Shown: positions 13,194 to 27,864, counted from the first letter of the stretch. The stretch is 64,000 bases of DNA from Chiloscyllium plagiosum (GCF_004010195.1 NC_057719.1:10543466-10607465), one strand, 5' to 3'. Numbers and translations: made by a program. The notes: a model not told the origin generated them from the letters alone.

Positions 13194-14246
13194 ATTATGG
13201 TAAATCTCCTCTCAGGGACTCTGACACCCTTCCCAAAGTGTGATGACCTGACTTCGCGAATTATAGAAAGTAGTGGTGTGAACAGGAGTTTGCCCCATCG
13301 CACCCATTTCGGTTCTAACTATTCAGCTGAGAAATCTCCTTTTCTCTCTTCATTCCTCAATATAACAACAATGTGCTTTTATATAGCATCTTTAATGAAT
13401 AGAAATGTTGTGAAATATCCCCACTTGCTTCGCAACAGAATTGGTCAAAACACATTTGACACAGTTACATAAGGAAGTAATAAGACAGGTTTGGTCAAGA
13501 GCTTAAAACTTCAAGGAATGTTTTAAAGAACGAGAGAACAGGTCAAGAGTTTGAAAGGGTTAACAAGGAATTTTTCGAGCTGAGAGATGATAAAGTTGAA
13601 GGCATGGCTGCAAAGCAATGAAAATCAGAGTTGTGCAAGACATTGGGAATGGAAAAGTGCAGAGATCTCAGAGGGATGTAAAACTGAAGCAGATTGCAGA
13701 GAATGAGAGGATTGTTGGATTTGATTTTAAATAATACAATTTTTGGAATCCTTATCTAATTGCCATTGAAATGATATCTGAAGAGGTGGTTTTCTGACTC
13801 TGCACTACTGGAGTTTGGAAGCCTTGCCCACCAATCACATGTAGGGGAGATTTTGGATGTTGGTGCTGCATAATTTTCTGATTAAATTTTCAAAATGCAT
13901 TACTAGGGGAGGCTCTCTGCCGACAGCAGTAGGTCAGAAAATTACCTCTCGCAATGTCAATTTCTGAAGTTGCTTGGAGCTGAAGGATTCTATAAATCTC
14001 TCTGTGTATAAAAACTCTTCCAGTTTTGCTATTCTGGTCATAAATTAGACAGACAATTTTCGAAATGAAAGTCGGAATGGGTACATGGTAACTGCAGTTC
14101 GCCATTGTCTTCTTGGGCATCAGTTTTGGTCAGCACTCCCCTAATATGTCACTCCATGGGCTGTGATCACCTGTACTCTCCATCCATGAAAGTTGGTGCC
14201 ATTGAATAACTAGTTCTACCCCATCATCACTGCCCATCTCATCTGG

Positions 14247-14550
14247 GAGTGGCTCAGTGGTAAGCACTGCTGCCTCACAGAGCCTGGGATCCAGGTTTGA
14301 TTCCACCCTCGGGTGACTGTTTACCTGGAGTTTGCACATTCTCCCAGTGTCATGCGTGGGTTTCCTCCCACAATCCAAAGATGGTCAGGTTAGGTGGATT
14401 GTCCATGCGAATTTACTCATAGTGTGCAGGCTATAAGTGGATTAACCATGGGAAATGCAGGGTTATAGGATAAGGGGGTGGATGATCTTCAGAGGGTCAG
14501 TGTGGACTTGATGGGCCAAAGGGGCCTGCTTCCACACTATAGAGATTCTA
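14247..14550 (+). mobile_element. HE1-type SINE
   Basis: gtggctcagtggtaagcactgctgcctcacag...gcctgcttccacactatag. Confidence 0.82.
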
Positions 14551-14844
14551 TCACAGTTTACTATTCAATATTACACATTCGGAGCCCACTGACACCTCAC
14601 ATTGCAATACTGCATGCAGGGACAGATACCCATCTCATGGATCTGAGCAGGGTTGCATCTTTGCTCGCTTTCTTGTCACTCTCTCTGTTTGCACCGGCTT
14701 GGATTCTCTCAGTTTTCCTGCCTTGCTCTGCCTTTTAACACAATGCCACTTTGGAACTTACAGATTCAGTCTTGCCCCTTCGGCCAGGCAGAATGCAAGG
14801 CAACTTGTTGTGTTTGTTTACAATGAAGATACATGTGACAACTT

Positions 14845-15381
14845 GGGGTGGCGATGGTATTAGCCCAAGACTATTAACCCAGAGACTCCAGTAACAATCT
14901 GGAGACCTAGGTTCAAATCCCACTGTTGAATCCCTGACAGTGTGGAAACAAGCTATTCAGCCGATCCTCCAGAGAGCAGTCCACCCAAACTCAACCCCCT
15001 ATCCTATCCTTTTAATCCTGCATTACCCATGGCTAATGCACCCAGCTCGCACGTCCCTGGACACTATGAACAATTTAAGGTGGCCAATCCACCTAACCTG
15101 CAGACCTTTGGACTATGTGGGAATGCACAGACAGTTGGCAGAGGGTGGAATCGAACCTGGGTTCCTGGCACTGTGAGGCAGCGGTGCTAACCACTGAGCT
15201 ACCATGCCACCCGCCATGCAGATGGTGAAATTTAGCTTTAATTAAAGATTCAGAATTAAAAGTTTAATTAAGACTATGAATCCACTGTTAATTGTCCAGA
15301 AAAAGTCCATCTGGTTCTCTAAAGTCCTTCAAGAAAGGAAATCTGCCATCCTTACCTGGTCTGGCCTACATATGACCCCAG
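14845..15381 (+). mobile_element. SacSINE1-like SINE interrupted by a minus-strand HE1 (~14928-15217)
   Basis: Head ...ggttcaaatcccac resumes as catgcagatggtgaaattt...ccttacctggtctggcctaca. Confidence 0.75.
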
Positions 15382-15881
15382 NNNNNNNNNNNNNNNNNNN
15401 NNNNNNNNNNNNNNNNNNNNNNNNNNNNNNNNNNNNNNNNNNNNNNNNNNNNNNNNNNNNNNNNNNNNNNNNNNNNNNNNNNNNNNNNNNNNNNNNNNNN
15501 NNNNNNNNNNNNNNNNNNNNNNNNNNNNNNNNNNNNNNNNNNNNNNNNNNNNNNNNNNNNNNNNNNNNNNNNNNNNNNNNNNNNNNNNNNNNNNNNNNNN
15601 NNNNNNNNNNNNNNNNNNNNNNNNNNNNNNNNNNNNNNNNNNNNNNNNNNNNNNNNNNNNNNNNNNNNNNNNNNNNNNNNNNNNNNNNNNNNNNNNNNNN
15701 NNNNNNNNNNNNNNNNNNNNNNNNNNNNNNNNNNNNNNNNNNNNNNNNNNNNNNNNNNNNNNNNNNNNNNNNNNNNNNNNNNNNNNNNNNNNNNNNNNNN
15801 NNNNNNNNNNNNNNNNNNNNNNNNNNNNNNNNNNNNNNNNNNNNNNNNNNNNNNNNNNNNNNNNNNNNNNNNNNNNNNNNN
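15382..15881. other. Assembly gap (500 N)
   Basis: Run of N. Confidence 1.
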
Positions 15882-16590
15882 GGTTTCCAGCATCTGCAGT
15901 CGTTGTTTTTACCTCGTTGACACTACCCTGTTGCCTGGCCAACATCTCTGTCTCAGTTCTGAGGAAGGGGGTGCGCACTCCAAAACATTAGCTCTGATTT
16001 CTCTCCACAGCAGCTCCTGAACTTGCTGAACCTTTCCAGTGATGTCTGGTTTTGTTTCTGAATTACAGCATTCGCATTTCTTTTGGTTTTTGTCTCAGGC
16101 TTGCTCCCGGGAAGCTCAGCACAAGCTGGAAGAATAGCACCTCACTTTCCACTTGGGAACCCTACAATCCTTCTGGAGCTTAAGATCAAGTTCAATAACT
16201 TTATGGCTTGAGCTCTCCCATCTCCTTACCCCAATCCCCAAACACCTTGTGATCGCATAAGTCTTTTATTGCACCCAATCCATTGTTAGCCACTAACAGT
16301 CCCATTAATAGCTGTTCACCCTCCCAGCCAGCTCCTTAATGACTCCTTTGTCTGTCCAACTGTTCTTCTCTCTCTTTGGCCTGTATCCCTACCTATCATT
16401 TACTTCTTACCCCCTCCCCCTATTTTATCTTCTGCATACAAACAGGCATTTTCCTAGCTATCATCAGTTCTGACACCCAAAATGTTAACTCTGATTTCTT
16501 TACACAGGTGCTGCCAGACTTGCTGAACTTTTCGAGCATTTTCTGTTTTTAGTTTCTGATTTACAGCATTTGCAGTTCTTTCAGTTCCTC
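15882..16590 (+). mobile_element. PLE 3' fragments and terminal repeats (family B)
   Basis: Repeated ctctccacag...gctg...tttccag...cagcat..gcagtt termini; similar to the reverse complement of 44095-44900. Confidence 0.65.
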
Positions 16591-17789
16591 AGTCATGTGC
16601 TAGTATCCTGCGAGGAGATTGGATCCTGCACAACAGAGCGTGCTTCTCTGCAGCCTTATACGAATAGGCTATTGATGAATATTAGGTAAAAACAATGACT
16701 GCAGATGCTAGAAACCCCAGATTCTGGAGTAGAGTGGTGCTGGAAAAGCACAGCAGTTCAGGCAGCATCCGAGGAGCAGGAATTGTTCAAAAGAAACCTC
16801 GATGCCTAGTTCGAGTTTTAACGAAGGTTCAGAGAACCCTGCATGATTAAAACAAGTCTATTATTTTACATGGGATTGGAGTAAAATTAATGATTCTGTC
16901 ATTACCTTTGGATCAGAGCCATTACTAAAGGAAATAAAGCAAGAAATGCAGGTTAGCTTCTGACAAAGGTCTCTACCTTTCTGTACTTCATTAGTTTCTA
17001 CAGTTCTTTTACTTTCCTGTTTTCTCATACTTATATGTAATATTTTGTCATGGCATGCTCTCATTACAACACTGAGGTGTCTCGGTTGACGATCTCCTCT
17101 AAGTCCTAAGCAGCAAGTCTTGTCAGTTGTGCTAAGCTGATTATCAGTTCAACTCTACTTGACCAAAGAGCAAGCAATAGGGGCTATGTTACAAATGTAG
17201 GTGTGTGTTCGTTGCTAGGTCACAGATCGGCCTCAATATTTTCAAATGGCAGAACAGGATCAAGGGGCTAAATGGCCAGCTTCTGCTCCTATCCTCCTAA
17301 GCCTTCATATCAGAGCATCAACATGAGAAATAATTTAGGGCTAAACACCTCAAGGTCAAAATCTACATTGGCGGTTTCCACAAGCTGAAGATAACATGAC
17401 ATAACTTCACTGAGTTGACCCAATTTCTCACAGAGACTGCAGCTGGGGAATTAAATAACATGAAACACGAAAGTCAGCAAGTTTAGATTCTTGTTCTGTG
17501 TGTGTTTCACTGTGTATTAGTGAGCATCTATACTTGTACGTGGATAGGCTGTTCTCAAAGAAGGGAAGTTGCTCTCATCACACAATTTTAATCACCTCAG
17601 GATAGCCAAAAATCTTTTCCGTGTGTTTGAAGTGCTGTCATTTGCTGTGAAGTAGGAAACACAGCAGCCAATCTGCATGGGGCAAAATCCCACAACTGCC
17701 AATAATGAGAAATTCTGTTTTTAGGTCTTGGTTGAGGAATATTGGCAGAATTGTCCACCATGTTTGTGGAATCAAATAAGTAGAAAGGA

Positions 17790-18848
17790 ATAGAGTCATA
17801 GTGATGTACTGCATGGAAACAGACCCTTCGGTCCAACCTGTTCATGCCGACCAGATATCCCAACCCAATCTAGTCCCACCTGCCAGCACCCGGCCCATAT
17901 CCCTCCAAACCCTTCCTATTCATATACCCATCCAGATGCCTTTTAAATGTTGAAATTGTACTAGCCTCCACCACTTCCTCTGGCAGCTCATTCCATACAC
18001 GTAACACACTCTACGTGAAAAAAAGTTGCCCCTTAGGTCTCTTTTATATCTTTCCCCTATCACCCTACCTTTGCCCTTTAGTGCTGGACTCCCCCCACCC
18101 CAGGGAAGATTGTCTATTTATCTTATCAATGCCCCTCATGATTTTATAAACCTCTACAAGGTCACCCCTCAGCCTCTGATGTTCCAGGGAAAACAGCCCC
18201 AGCCTATTCAACCTCTCCCTATAGCTCAAACCCTCAAACCCTGGCACCATCCTTGTAAATCTTTTCTGAACCCTTTCAAGTTTCACAACATCCTTCCTTG
18301 AGGAGGGAGACCAGAATTTCACGCAATATTCCAAAAGTGGCTGAACCAATGTCCTGTACAGCAGCAACATGACTTCCTAACTCCCGTACTCAATACTCTG
18401 ACCGATAAAGGAAATCATACCAAAATCTTTCTTTACTTTTACTATCTACCTATGACTCCACTTTCAAGGAGCTATGAACCTGCACTCCAAGGTCTCTTTG
18501 TTCAGCAACACCCCCAAGGACCTTACCATTAAGTGTATAAATCCTGCTCTGATTTGCTTTCCCAAAATGCAGAACCTTACATTAATCTAAATTAAACTCC
18601 ATCTGCCACTTCTCAGCTCATTGGCCCTTCTGATCAAGATCCTGTTGTAATCTGAGGTAACCTCTTTTTTGCTGTCCACTACACCTCCAATTTTGGTGCC
18701 ATCTGCAAATTTACTAACTATACCTCTTACGCTCACATCCAAATCATTTATATGAACGTCGAAAAGTAGTGGACCCAGCACCGATCCTTGTGGCACTCAA
18801 CTGCTCACAGGCCTCCAGTGTGAATAACAACCCTCCACCACCACCCTC
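17790..18848 (-). mobile_element. CR1 LINE, 5'-truncated (RT C-terminal half)
   Basis: PQGSVLGPLLF...INDLD...SKFADGTK; LEYCVKFWSP; CTATGACT tail. Confidence 0.92.
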
Positions 18849-19206
18849 AGATCAATACAGTACCCTGATTCGAGGTGCAGTGAAATCCATCGATTCACAT
18901 CTTTGCTATTTGTGAATTTGCTTCCCTGTGTGAAGCATTTTGTACAGTGTATCACCTCTTAGCATATCAATAAACATTTATACATAATTTGGAGGAGCCA
19001 AAAATACCAAGAAATATGTGCCAAAGGAAAGAATTAGACACAAGTTTGATGTATCCAAACTGTGTTGTACTTCTGGGAGAATCTCGAATTAGGCACTGGC
19101 TTTTACCAGACACCAACTAAATGTTACGTTTGGTGTGCTTCATGGAGAGTTTCTGTCTGAAGATCGAACAGGTTTTCTCACACTATCTTCCCAACCTCTG
19201 CATTAT

Positions 19207-19425
19207 AGGATCCCTACAGTGCGGAAACAGGCCATCTGGCCCAACAAGTCCACACTGACCCTCCGAACAGTAACCCATCTAGACCCATTCCTCTACATTT
19301 CCCCTGACCTGCACATCTTTGGATTGTGGAAGGAAACCCACACAGGCATGAGGAGAACATGTAAACTCCAAACAGCCTGAGGCTGGAATCGAACTTAATG
19401 CTAACCACTGAGCCATCGTGCCGGC
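19207..19425 (-). mobile_element. HE1-type SINE, internally deleted
   Basis: ccctacagtgcggaaacaggcc...gctaaccactgagcca. Confidence 0.75.
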
Positions 19426-20909
19426 CCTACACTCCTATGGAATCCTGCTTGCTGTATTCCCTCACTCACCGATGGTGGAGGTCTGGCCTCTGCCAGGACT
19501 TCCTGGGATTCTTGTCACTGCCGCCACCATTAAAGCTCAGCCATACACCAGGCCTACCACTGACAGTCCTTAGCTACCTTGTACGGTGTGTTTTATTAGC
19601 CTCAGATGGAGAGTAATTGGCTCCTTAGGCTGCTGACAGGGATCTGCTGGTCCTGCTGGACTGGGGATACATGTGATTGCTGCCCACAAAGAGAGCCTGG
19701 AGATGGTGGTGACTAACGGAGATCTGGAGGACCAAGCAGAGAGCTAGAAGTCACTAGGCCTGCAAATAGACTGCTTGACATCCTCTACTGAGAATCTCCT
19801 CTCGAGGTTCAACACTTTGTTAGAAAATGGGACATTAGCAGAAGATGTTTCAATGCCAGTCTCATGTGATATTCCCAATGTTCTCACCAAACCCCACAGC
19901 ATTGAGAGCTTGAGAAGATTCTACCTTCAGTGTCGCTGTTTAAAAATAGGGGCTGCCCATTTAAGACAGAGATTAGAAAAAAAAGTGTTTATCACAGAGC
20001 ATCATGACTCTTGGAATCTCTTCCCCAAAAGATTTTTGGAGCAGAATCTTTGAACATTATGAAGGCAATGGTGGCTATGTTCTTCATAACCAAGGTGGGG
20101 GGGGGGGGGGTGAAAGTTAATTGGGAGTAATTAGAACAGTCAGGATCATGGTGGAGCAGGCTCCAATAGCCTATTCTTTGTACAAAGCCGTGTGTTCATA
20201 TGGGAAGTGTGGACTCTTGTGTGCATTGACTATCGTGTTGCAGATATTATGAAATATTTTATGAACCTTATTAAGGTGTATTTAGCACAGGCAAATTATC
20301 AGGTTCCTTTTCACTGTTCATGGGACTCTGCTACCTTGTTTGATTTCAGGTCAGCCCACTTCAAGCACTCAGTAGTTTGAGACAAGTATGTTAGGTCACT
20401 TCTTTTACTAAAGTACTTAAACAAACATTGCCTTGGATGGAGCAGAAATGTGCTCAAGCTTGTTCAGGCGAAAGGAGCAATGTGAAACTGAGGAAAGGTG
20501 TACTGTCCAGACCCACAGAGGCTGGCATTAAATTTAGCTCTTTCCTCTCTTAGTTTAGTTCACTATTCCTCCAAAAGAAAATCTTTATTTTTAATTTAAA
20601 AAAACCATTGTTTTCAGCAAATTTTACAAAATTGCTAACTTTGCTGTAGGTCTCAGCATTTTGTACGGTTGGAACCTATCCAATTGACTCTTTTTGCAAA
20701 ACATATTTGCCGATTTTGATTTTGCCATTGGCAAGGTTTCATTGGAATGTGTAACCCATAAACAGTGGGATTTTATAATCTGGCAAAGAGCTGAGTAATC
20801 ACAGTGGGCCTTCTCTTGCATTATCCCCTTCCACACTTGCATATATTTTGGTTACTGCCAGCACAAAACATTCAGATCCCTCACAACTAGAGGAAAAATA
20901 CATTTTCAT

Positions 20910-21335
20910 ATTCATTCGTGGGATATAGGCATCACTGATTGGGCGAGCATTTATCGCCTGTCCCTAATTGCCCTTGAGAAGGTGGTGGTGAGCTGCATTC
21001 TTGAACTGCTGCTGTCACTTCACTGTAGGTAGACCCACAATACTGCTGGGGAGGGAGTTTCAAGATTTTGACCCAACAACAGTAAAGGATCGATGATATG
21101 TACCCAAGTCGGGATGGTGAGTGGCTTGGAGGGGAATCTGTATACATGTATCTACCACCCAGATGGAAGTGGTAATGTGTTTGGAAAGTGCTGTCTCAGG
21201 ATCTTTGGTGAATTCCTGTAGATAGTACACATTGCTGTGACTGAGCATTGGTGGTGGAGTGATGTGATGGAAATCAAGCAGGCTGCTTTGTCCCGGATGG
21301 CGTCAAGTTTCTTGGGCGTTACTGGAGCTGCACTG
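20910..21335 (-). mobile_element. CR1/L2-clade LINE 3' fragment
   Basis: gcatttatcgcctgtccctaattgcccttgagaaggtggtggtgagctgc. Confidence 0.7.
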
Positions 21336-21699
21336 GATATAGTTTATTGTTGAGTATTGAGAACTGATAATTTGGTAAAGCTGTGGAAAACTAACGAGTA
21401 ATTCTAGCAAGGTTTGTCTTCAGAAAACATTGAAGATTCTTTATTTTAAGTTAGAAATGTGGAATGCAAAGTGGGCTGACATTGGTTTGCAAGGCAGGGA
21501 TGGCAATTTGTGACTCAGCTGGACTGTTTAAGTTAGAGGTGGAGAACATAAAAAATTGTTGTCTCTCTCATTAGTGTCCCACTGTCCTGGGCTACTGACC
21601 CCATCTTCATCCAGCAGGGGCTTGAGCATTGTTGTGCTTATAATATATAGTGCAGCAGTGGGGAAGTGGGAATATCATGGTAATGTCAACTAATAATGT

Positions 21700-22090
21700 T
21701 AAAAGTGACACAACACTAGGTCATACTCCATCAGGTTTATTTGAAATCACAAGCTCTCAGAGCTCTGCTCGTTTTTCAGGTGAAGTGAAGAGAATCACAC
21801 AGGCACAGAATGGATAGGCAGAGAGATCAAAAGATTGACTCAGCGAGTGGAGTGCCAACAGACTGAATACCAAGTGAAAGGATGACCTAAATTCCCATTA
21901 ATTGAGGCGGAGAAATAATTACAAAAAAAATTAAAAATACGGTGGTGCTAGAAACAAACCAAATGACTGGAATGACATGACAGGCATAAGAATCGCATGC
22001 CAAAGGTCTAAACAAAGTAACAGGTAATCCAAAACTGTAGGAACTAATTAAGGTAGAAAGATCATCGCAAGTTATCAAGGTGATGGTGTT
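21700..22090 (-). mobile_element. PLE family C terminal fragment
   Basis: Reverse complement of ...aaataaacctgatggagtatgacctagtgttgtgtcactttt, as at 35735-35780. Confidence 0.55.
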
Positions 22091-22210
22091 ACATGTAGCG
22101 CTTGTCTAACTCCCCATACTGTTCTGTGTCTGTAACATTTTCCTTCCTGTCATGTTTTGTCACCTTCACTTTGACACAGAGCGCAGGCTAAGACAGAGGA
22201 AAGGGGTAAG

Positions 22211-22585
22211 ATTAGAGTGGGGCTGGAAAAGCACCCAGCAGGTCAGGCAGCATCCGAGGAGCAGGAAAATCAATGTTTTGGGCAAAAGCCCTTCATCAGG
22301 AATAGAGGCAGGAAGCCTCCAGGGTGGAGAGATAAATGGTGGTGTGGGGCTGGGGAGAAGGTAGCAAAGAGTACAATAGGTGAATGGTTTAGATCAGAGT
22401 GGTGCTTGAAAAGCACAGCAGGTCAGGCAGCATCCGAGGCCCCCCCAGCTCTACCCCCACCCATTTATCTTTCCACCCTGGAGCTCCCTGCCTCTATTCC
22501 TGATGAAGAGCTTTTGCCCGTAACGTCGATTTTCTTGTTCCTCGGATGCTGCCTGACCTGCTGTGCTTTTCCAGCACCACTCTGT
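22211..22585. mobile_element. Inverted PLE terminal repeats with degenerate hammerheads
   Basis: Minus arm 22211-22380, partial second minus arm 22390-22439, plus arm 22440-22585 (cctgatgaagagcttttgcccgtaacgtc). Confidence 0.82.
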
Positions 22586-23209
22586 TCTAAAAATATGATT
22601 ACCCGTTCACCAAGTGAAGGCCTGAGCACGGAAAAAAGGTGAATAAATTTCAATGACTCAACACCAAATCACAACCATGTCCCATGATCCACTTAACTCT
22701 GACAAGACAAACACATAAGATTCATCGACCGCAGCGATGGTGGTGGTGGTGGGGGTGTGGGTTGGTGTGGAGATCGTGATAATTAATCAACATACAACCA
22801 TGCAGGAGCATTCAGGAATGAATTACGTGTGGTTCGTAGGGCTAAAGGGATGAAAGGTTATGGGGACAAAGTGGGAACCGGGCCTGAGTGGGATGATCAG
22901 CCATGATCATATCAAATGGTGGAGCAGGCTCAGAAGGCTGAATGGCCTATGCCTGCTCCAGTTTTCAACAGTTCTCTGTTTCTATTCACAGATCACTGTA
23001 CCTGAAAGATAAGGAGATGGAGGTAAAACTGTTCTGTACAATGTAAATACCAAGGCTGTAGGGTTCTAGCAGAGAGGTTACTGATAACATGGTAGCATTG
23101 CTGTGGTCAGGAAAGAGGAGGAAAAGAATGAATGACAATAAACCAGACAATGAACCACAGGGGGCTGCCATTGTGGATGAAGCCATGGACAAGGCTCTCC
23201 AGTAAATGT

Positions 23210-23650
23210 GGAGGTGGTGGCCTAGTGGCACTGATAATCCCAAGACCCAGGGGGTATATGGCCTGGGTTCAAACCCTGCCGTGGCAGATGGTAGAATTTG
23301 GATCCAATAACAATCTGCAATTAAGAGTCTAATGATGGCGATTGTCAGGAAACAAACCCACCTGGTTCACTCACATTCTTTTGTAGAAGGAAACTGCCAT
23401 CAATACCTGGTCAGCTCTTCGTGTGACTCTATACCAACAGCAATGTGGTTGACTCTCTGGGCAATAGACACTAGCTAGTTGAGTTTTTCCAACAATTGAC
23501 AATAAATTCATGGCCATCATTACACTCTTAATTCCAGATTGTTTGTTTTATTTCAAATTCCTCCATCTGCCATGTGAACCCAGGACCCTGGATCATTGTC
23601 TGGGTCTCTGGATTAATAGTCCAGCAATTACACCACGAGGCCATTACCTT
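23210..23650. mobile_element. Two SacSINE1-like SINEs, tail-to-tail
   Basis: Plus copy ~23210-23470 (gggttcaaaccctgccgtggcagatgg...gcaatgtggttgactct); minus copy ~23510-23650. Confidence 0.65.
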
Positions 23651-26600
23651 CCCTATCTTCCACACAATGTGCCTGCACACAGTTTGGAATGCAGAGACTG
23701 AAAGGCAGATTGTACTTGACCATGACAAGTTGCTGCATTGAAAAAAAACCTTTCTCTCACATTGCCTCTGATTCTTCTTGCCAGCTTTTTGTTCATGAAA
23801 CCAAAGCTGATACAATACAGATGGAGTACATAAGGTCACCTGTGGCAACCTTCTGAAAGAGCTATCCAATTAGTCCCTCACTCCTGCTCCTCCCCCATAG
23901 CTGGGCAAGTGTTTGCCTTGCAAGTATTTATCCAATTCCCTTTTGAAAGTTACGATTGAGTCTGCTTCCACTGACCTTTTTAGGCAGTGCACTGCTGATC
24001 ATAATAAGCTTCTATGTTATAAAAAAAAATCCCTCATGTCGGTTCTGATTCATTTGCCAATTACTTTAATATTTTGGGCTGTAAGATGCTGTTAGCACAG
24101 TGGGAAGCTGGTTTCGGATTGAATTGCATTGCTGCTCTGAGTGAAGGGAGGAGTGAGAAATCTCTAAGATGTAGAAACTTCCATTTGGAAAAGGCTTGCT
24201 AAATATGAGTGCTCCTGAATTTGAAGGTGCCTAACAAAGTGTGGTATAAAAGTGAGATGGGACTGGAAGCACAGATGATGCAGATCCAAGGTAATTTTTG
24301 TTAAGTCTTGATTAAACCACATGACTATAAGATATAGGAACAGAATTAGGCTATTCAGCCCATTGAGCCTGCTCCACCATTCAATCACGGCTGATACGTT
24401 TTGCACCTCATTCCCTTGCTTTCTCCCCATAATCCTTGATTCCCTTACCAATCAAGGACCTATCAATTTCTATCTATTATATACATGATGACCTGGCTTC
24501 CACAGCAATAAGTTCCACAGATTCACTACCCTCTGTCTGAAGAAATTCTTCTTTATCTCAGTACTAAAGCGACGTCCCTTCATGCTGAAGCTCTAGCTTG
24601 AGGATACAACAGTTTTTGATTTTTATTTATGATTTGTCATTGGAATTTGAACCACGGGCCATGTTTATCACGTAATTCCAGTTGCTAAGTGAAGATGCAC
24701 AGTTGGCCAAGGCATTAATTTCAATCCAATCCCTGAAGCCAAGTGTTCTTCTGCTCATGATTGTTGAGGTGACTGGTCCACCACGGAGTCTGCAGAGGGG
24801 CCTAATCTTCTGTAATGTGCAACATCATTAGTCCCTGTCCAAAAGCACAGCAGTAGTTTGTACTGAGCCTCAGTGGTAGAGTTTGGCTGAACTTGTTTAG
24901 CAAAACCATTCCATGTTCATTCAAAGTCCGTCATTTGATAGATGCAGGGACTTCTCATATTGCCCATTCCTTGGTGCATTGGGCGCCTGAGAGAGCATCT
25001 TGCTCAGGAAGGGTGATTCACAGGATCACTGAAGATGGGCAGTAGGGCCCATAGGTTGGACTTGACATTCAGAGTGTTTGACTGAGAATCCAGTGATTGA
25101 CATTCCTTCAGGGCACTTTGAGAATTTGGAGTCAGTTAAATGAAGTCCGGACATAAAATTGGTATCATGGAAGTGACCAAGAATTTGCTTCAGAGTTTGT
25201 TGTAAAGATCCAATTTGCTCACTAAAGACTTACGGAGAAGCAAACAGGCCATCCAACCTATAAACAACTCCAATCCCTCACCAATGTAGTTGGCTCTTGA
25301 CTGCTCTGTGATATGGTCTAGAAGGTCACTCTCTTGGAGAATAAGAATTGTGAAACACTTTCGTATGTGCAGAGTACTAGTTACCAGCCTCTCATAACGT
25401 CATGGTGTTGATATGATGGGCCCAGTTAAAGTTCTGGACCCTCCAAGGTGCTGATGGTGCCATAGAAGATTAAGGGGAGATAATTGGGATTTTTTTTGTT
25501 GTTTGAGATGCTTATCGCTCAGCACTGATGTGACATGAATGTTACCTGCTGCCAGTCAGTTCAAACTTGGACGACACAAGGGTCTTTTGGCAGGGACCGC
25601 TTCAGTAGTCGCAGTTGTGAATGAAGCTCTACATTGTAGAACTGTCCGTGAAGAGCCACATTCTTGTCCAAATGGCAGAATGAAGCATCTTAAAGATGAG
25701 TTGGGCCAAGGAGACCTCCCTCAAGAGCTAAGTTCCTACCATGCAATGGATGACCTCCAATGGCCAAAACCATGGGTTCTTGCGTCGGCTTCAACTCCAA
25801 TTGCCAAGCACTTTTCCTTTGACCTTGTCTCTGGCTGGGACTCTTTGGTGACACTCTCAGTTGATCTCTGTCTTGATGTTCAGGGCAACAGCTCTCATCG
25901 ATCCTCAAGCATTCAGCACTTGCGTCCGTTCCTGAATCAAAGCTGCTGCCAGGTCTTATTGCAACCCAAGTGAGTATTAGTGAGCAAGTTCATTGATAAG
26001 TAAATGGCACTAGATGGCACTATTGTAAGAATTCTTATTTACTTCCTTCTATATTTAAGAGCTTGGCAATAACAGAGTATCGTGTGCTCCCAAAAATGAC
26101 CCACGTGCCCATAGAGTAGCAACTGTGCCAGTGTGAAATGAGTTTTACATTTCTTCAGCTTCTGTGCATATCTCTTTGCCCCGCTGCATTCAGGTATGAC
26201 TCCAACTGCTCTGTTCAAAGACCAAACTGTTAGTGACCTCACCCTGAGATGATGGGTCCAGAACCACCTCCGAAATCCCCAGCTGCCATCTTCATTCAAG
26301 GGTAAAGCTAGACTTTATGAGACACAGTAAAAAGGGCACCAGCGAGTTGGCAATACCTTAAGGTTTCTTTCCTGCTGAATTAAAGGTGCAGCACTTCTCT
26401 GCAAATTGTCCACTTGGTCAACAGTCCTCTGGGTAAACAAAGAGAGCCTGGAGTTTCGATCTCAATTTTGCTCCGAGTTACTTGCAAATGTGGCACCTTC
26501 ACCAAAATCAGCTGTAAATTTAGAAGAACGAAAGGTGGTCCAATTGAAAAATATAAAATTGATGAAGGCCTTGAATGGGCAGATGAGGAGGGATTTCTTC

Positions 26601-26816
26601 ACGTGGAAAGTAGCGAAACTGTGGAACTCTTTACTGCAGACTATAGTCAAGGCTGGGTTGCTACATAAATTCAAAGCTGAGATAGACAGATTTTTAATGG
26701 GTAAGACAATTAAAGGTTACGAGAAAAAAGGCAGGTGGAAGAGGAAATTTGGAATTATCAGCTCAGTCACGATCCCACTGAATGACAGAGCTGATTCGAT
26801 TAGCAGAATGGCCTAT

Positions 26817-27864
26817 TGTTATGAGACAGGGTAAACCCTCCTGCGTAATTTAAAACCAGCAACACAGAAAAGATTTATCCTATACAGTAATCTGTAAAAA
26901 TTCGATCGACCAAGAACTAGTTGAAGTAAAAATTAACGACTTTGTTTCTTAAAGTACAACAGAGAATCATTGAGTAACAACTATTTACAATTCCTTCATC
27001 TAACCTATTATTTACCTTCCCCTTCCACAATACTAGTCCAATAAAACTCCCAATTAAGATTTACAAAACAAAACTTTTATCTCAATATCAGGCAGCTTTT
27101 GATTCTTCTATTTAGACCTTCCTGTGTCTTCTTTTCTTCTTAGGGATGCTGTGTCACAGGTTACTGATCAGTAAAAGTACTTATAAGAGAGATATTTTTC
27201 AGGCAGTCTGTTTACACGTTAGGGCTTGGCAATTCTCCTCTCAACTGTTCAATTTTCCCCGGTCCTATACCCCCAAAGTAGCAGATTATGTCATTGGCTT
27301 TGAAGATTGTTAATTTACAGATACACAGTCCTTCATCTGAAATGCTCAGGACCAGCTGGTTTTCAGAATCCGGAATTTTTCGAATTTTGGAATAAGTGAC
27401 AGTTCAACAGTGAATTTTTTGAAAATCTTACCCAACAGCAGATTCACAATGACCTGAGACAGAATTGAGGCCTGCCAGTGCTGGGCTACGCTCACCAAAT
27501 CGCATCTGAGTGAAATGCATCGAGTGGGTGTGGAGTTGGGTTAACTGTTTGCATGCCAGACAACCTTGTTATTGAGATAAAACCTCACGAAAAAACCTTC
27601 GGATTTTGGAGCTTTTCAGATTTCGGGACTTTGGATAAAGGGTTGTTCATCTATACTAAATTCAAACTGGATTGGAGTCTGATATTTTTCAGGATATAAT
27701 TTAAACTGATTGGCCAAATTAAAATGTGTTTTTGTCTCCAGGCAACGAACTAATCAAGTTGTTCAACTACCTTTTGCTACATTGCTACCTTTTTGAGAAC
27801 ACTGGGTGCTGTGTCTGATAGTTCTGCTGTTTTTAACTCTCTTAAAGTACACATCTTCATAACC
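26817..27864 (-). mobile_element. Solo LTR inserted in a CR1 3' end
   Basis: tgttatgag...cttcataacc; flanks ctat/ctac split the CR1 motif gaatggcctact; related to the 6555 LTR in reverse. Confidence 0.6.
27318..27653. mobile_element. Tc1/mariner (Tigger-like) MITE
   Basis: TA on both sides; imperfect ~25-bp TIRs cagatacacagtccttcatctgaaa / tttggataaagggttgttcatcta. Confidence 0.6.

Noticed and set aside
15276..15978. Long ORFs in the track
   Set aside because: Artefacts of the N gap
26190..26310. Possible exon on either strand
   Set aside because: Plus-strand version has stops in all three frames; minus-strand acceptor is weak and the peptide unrecognised
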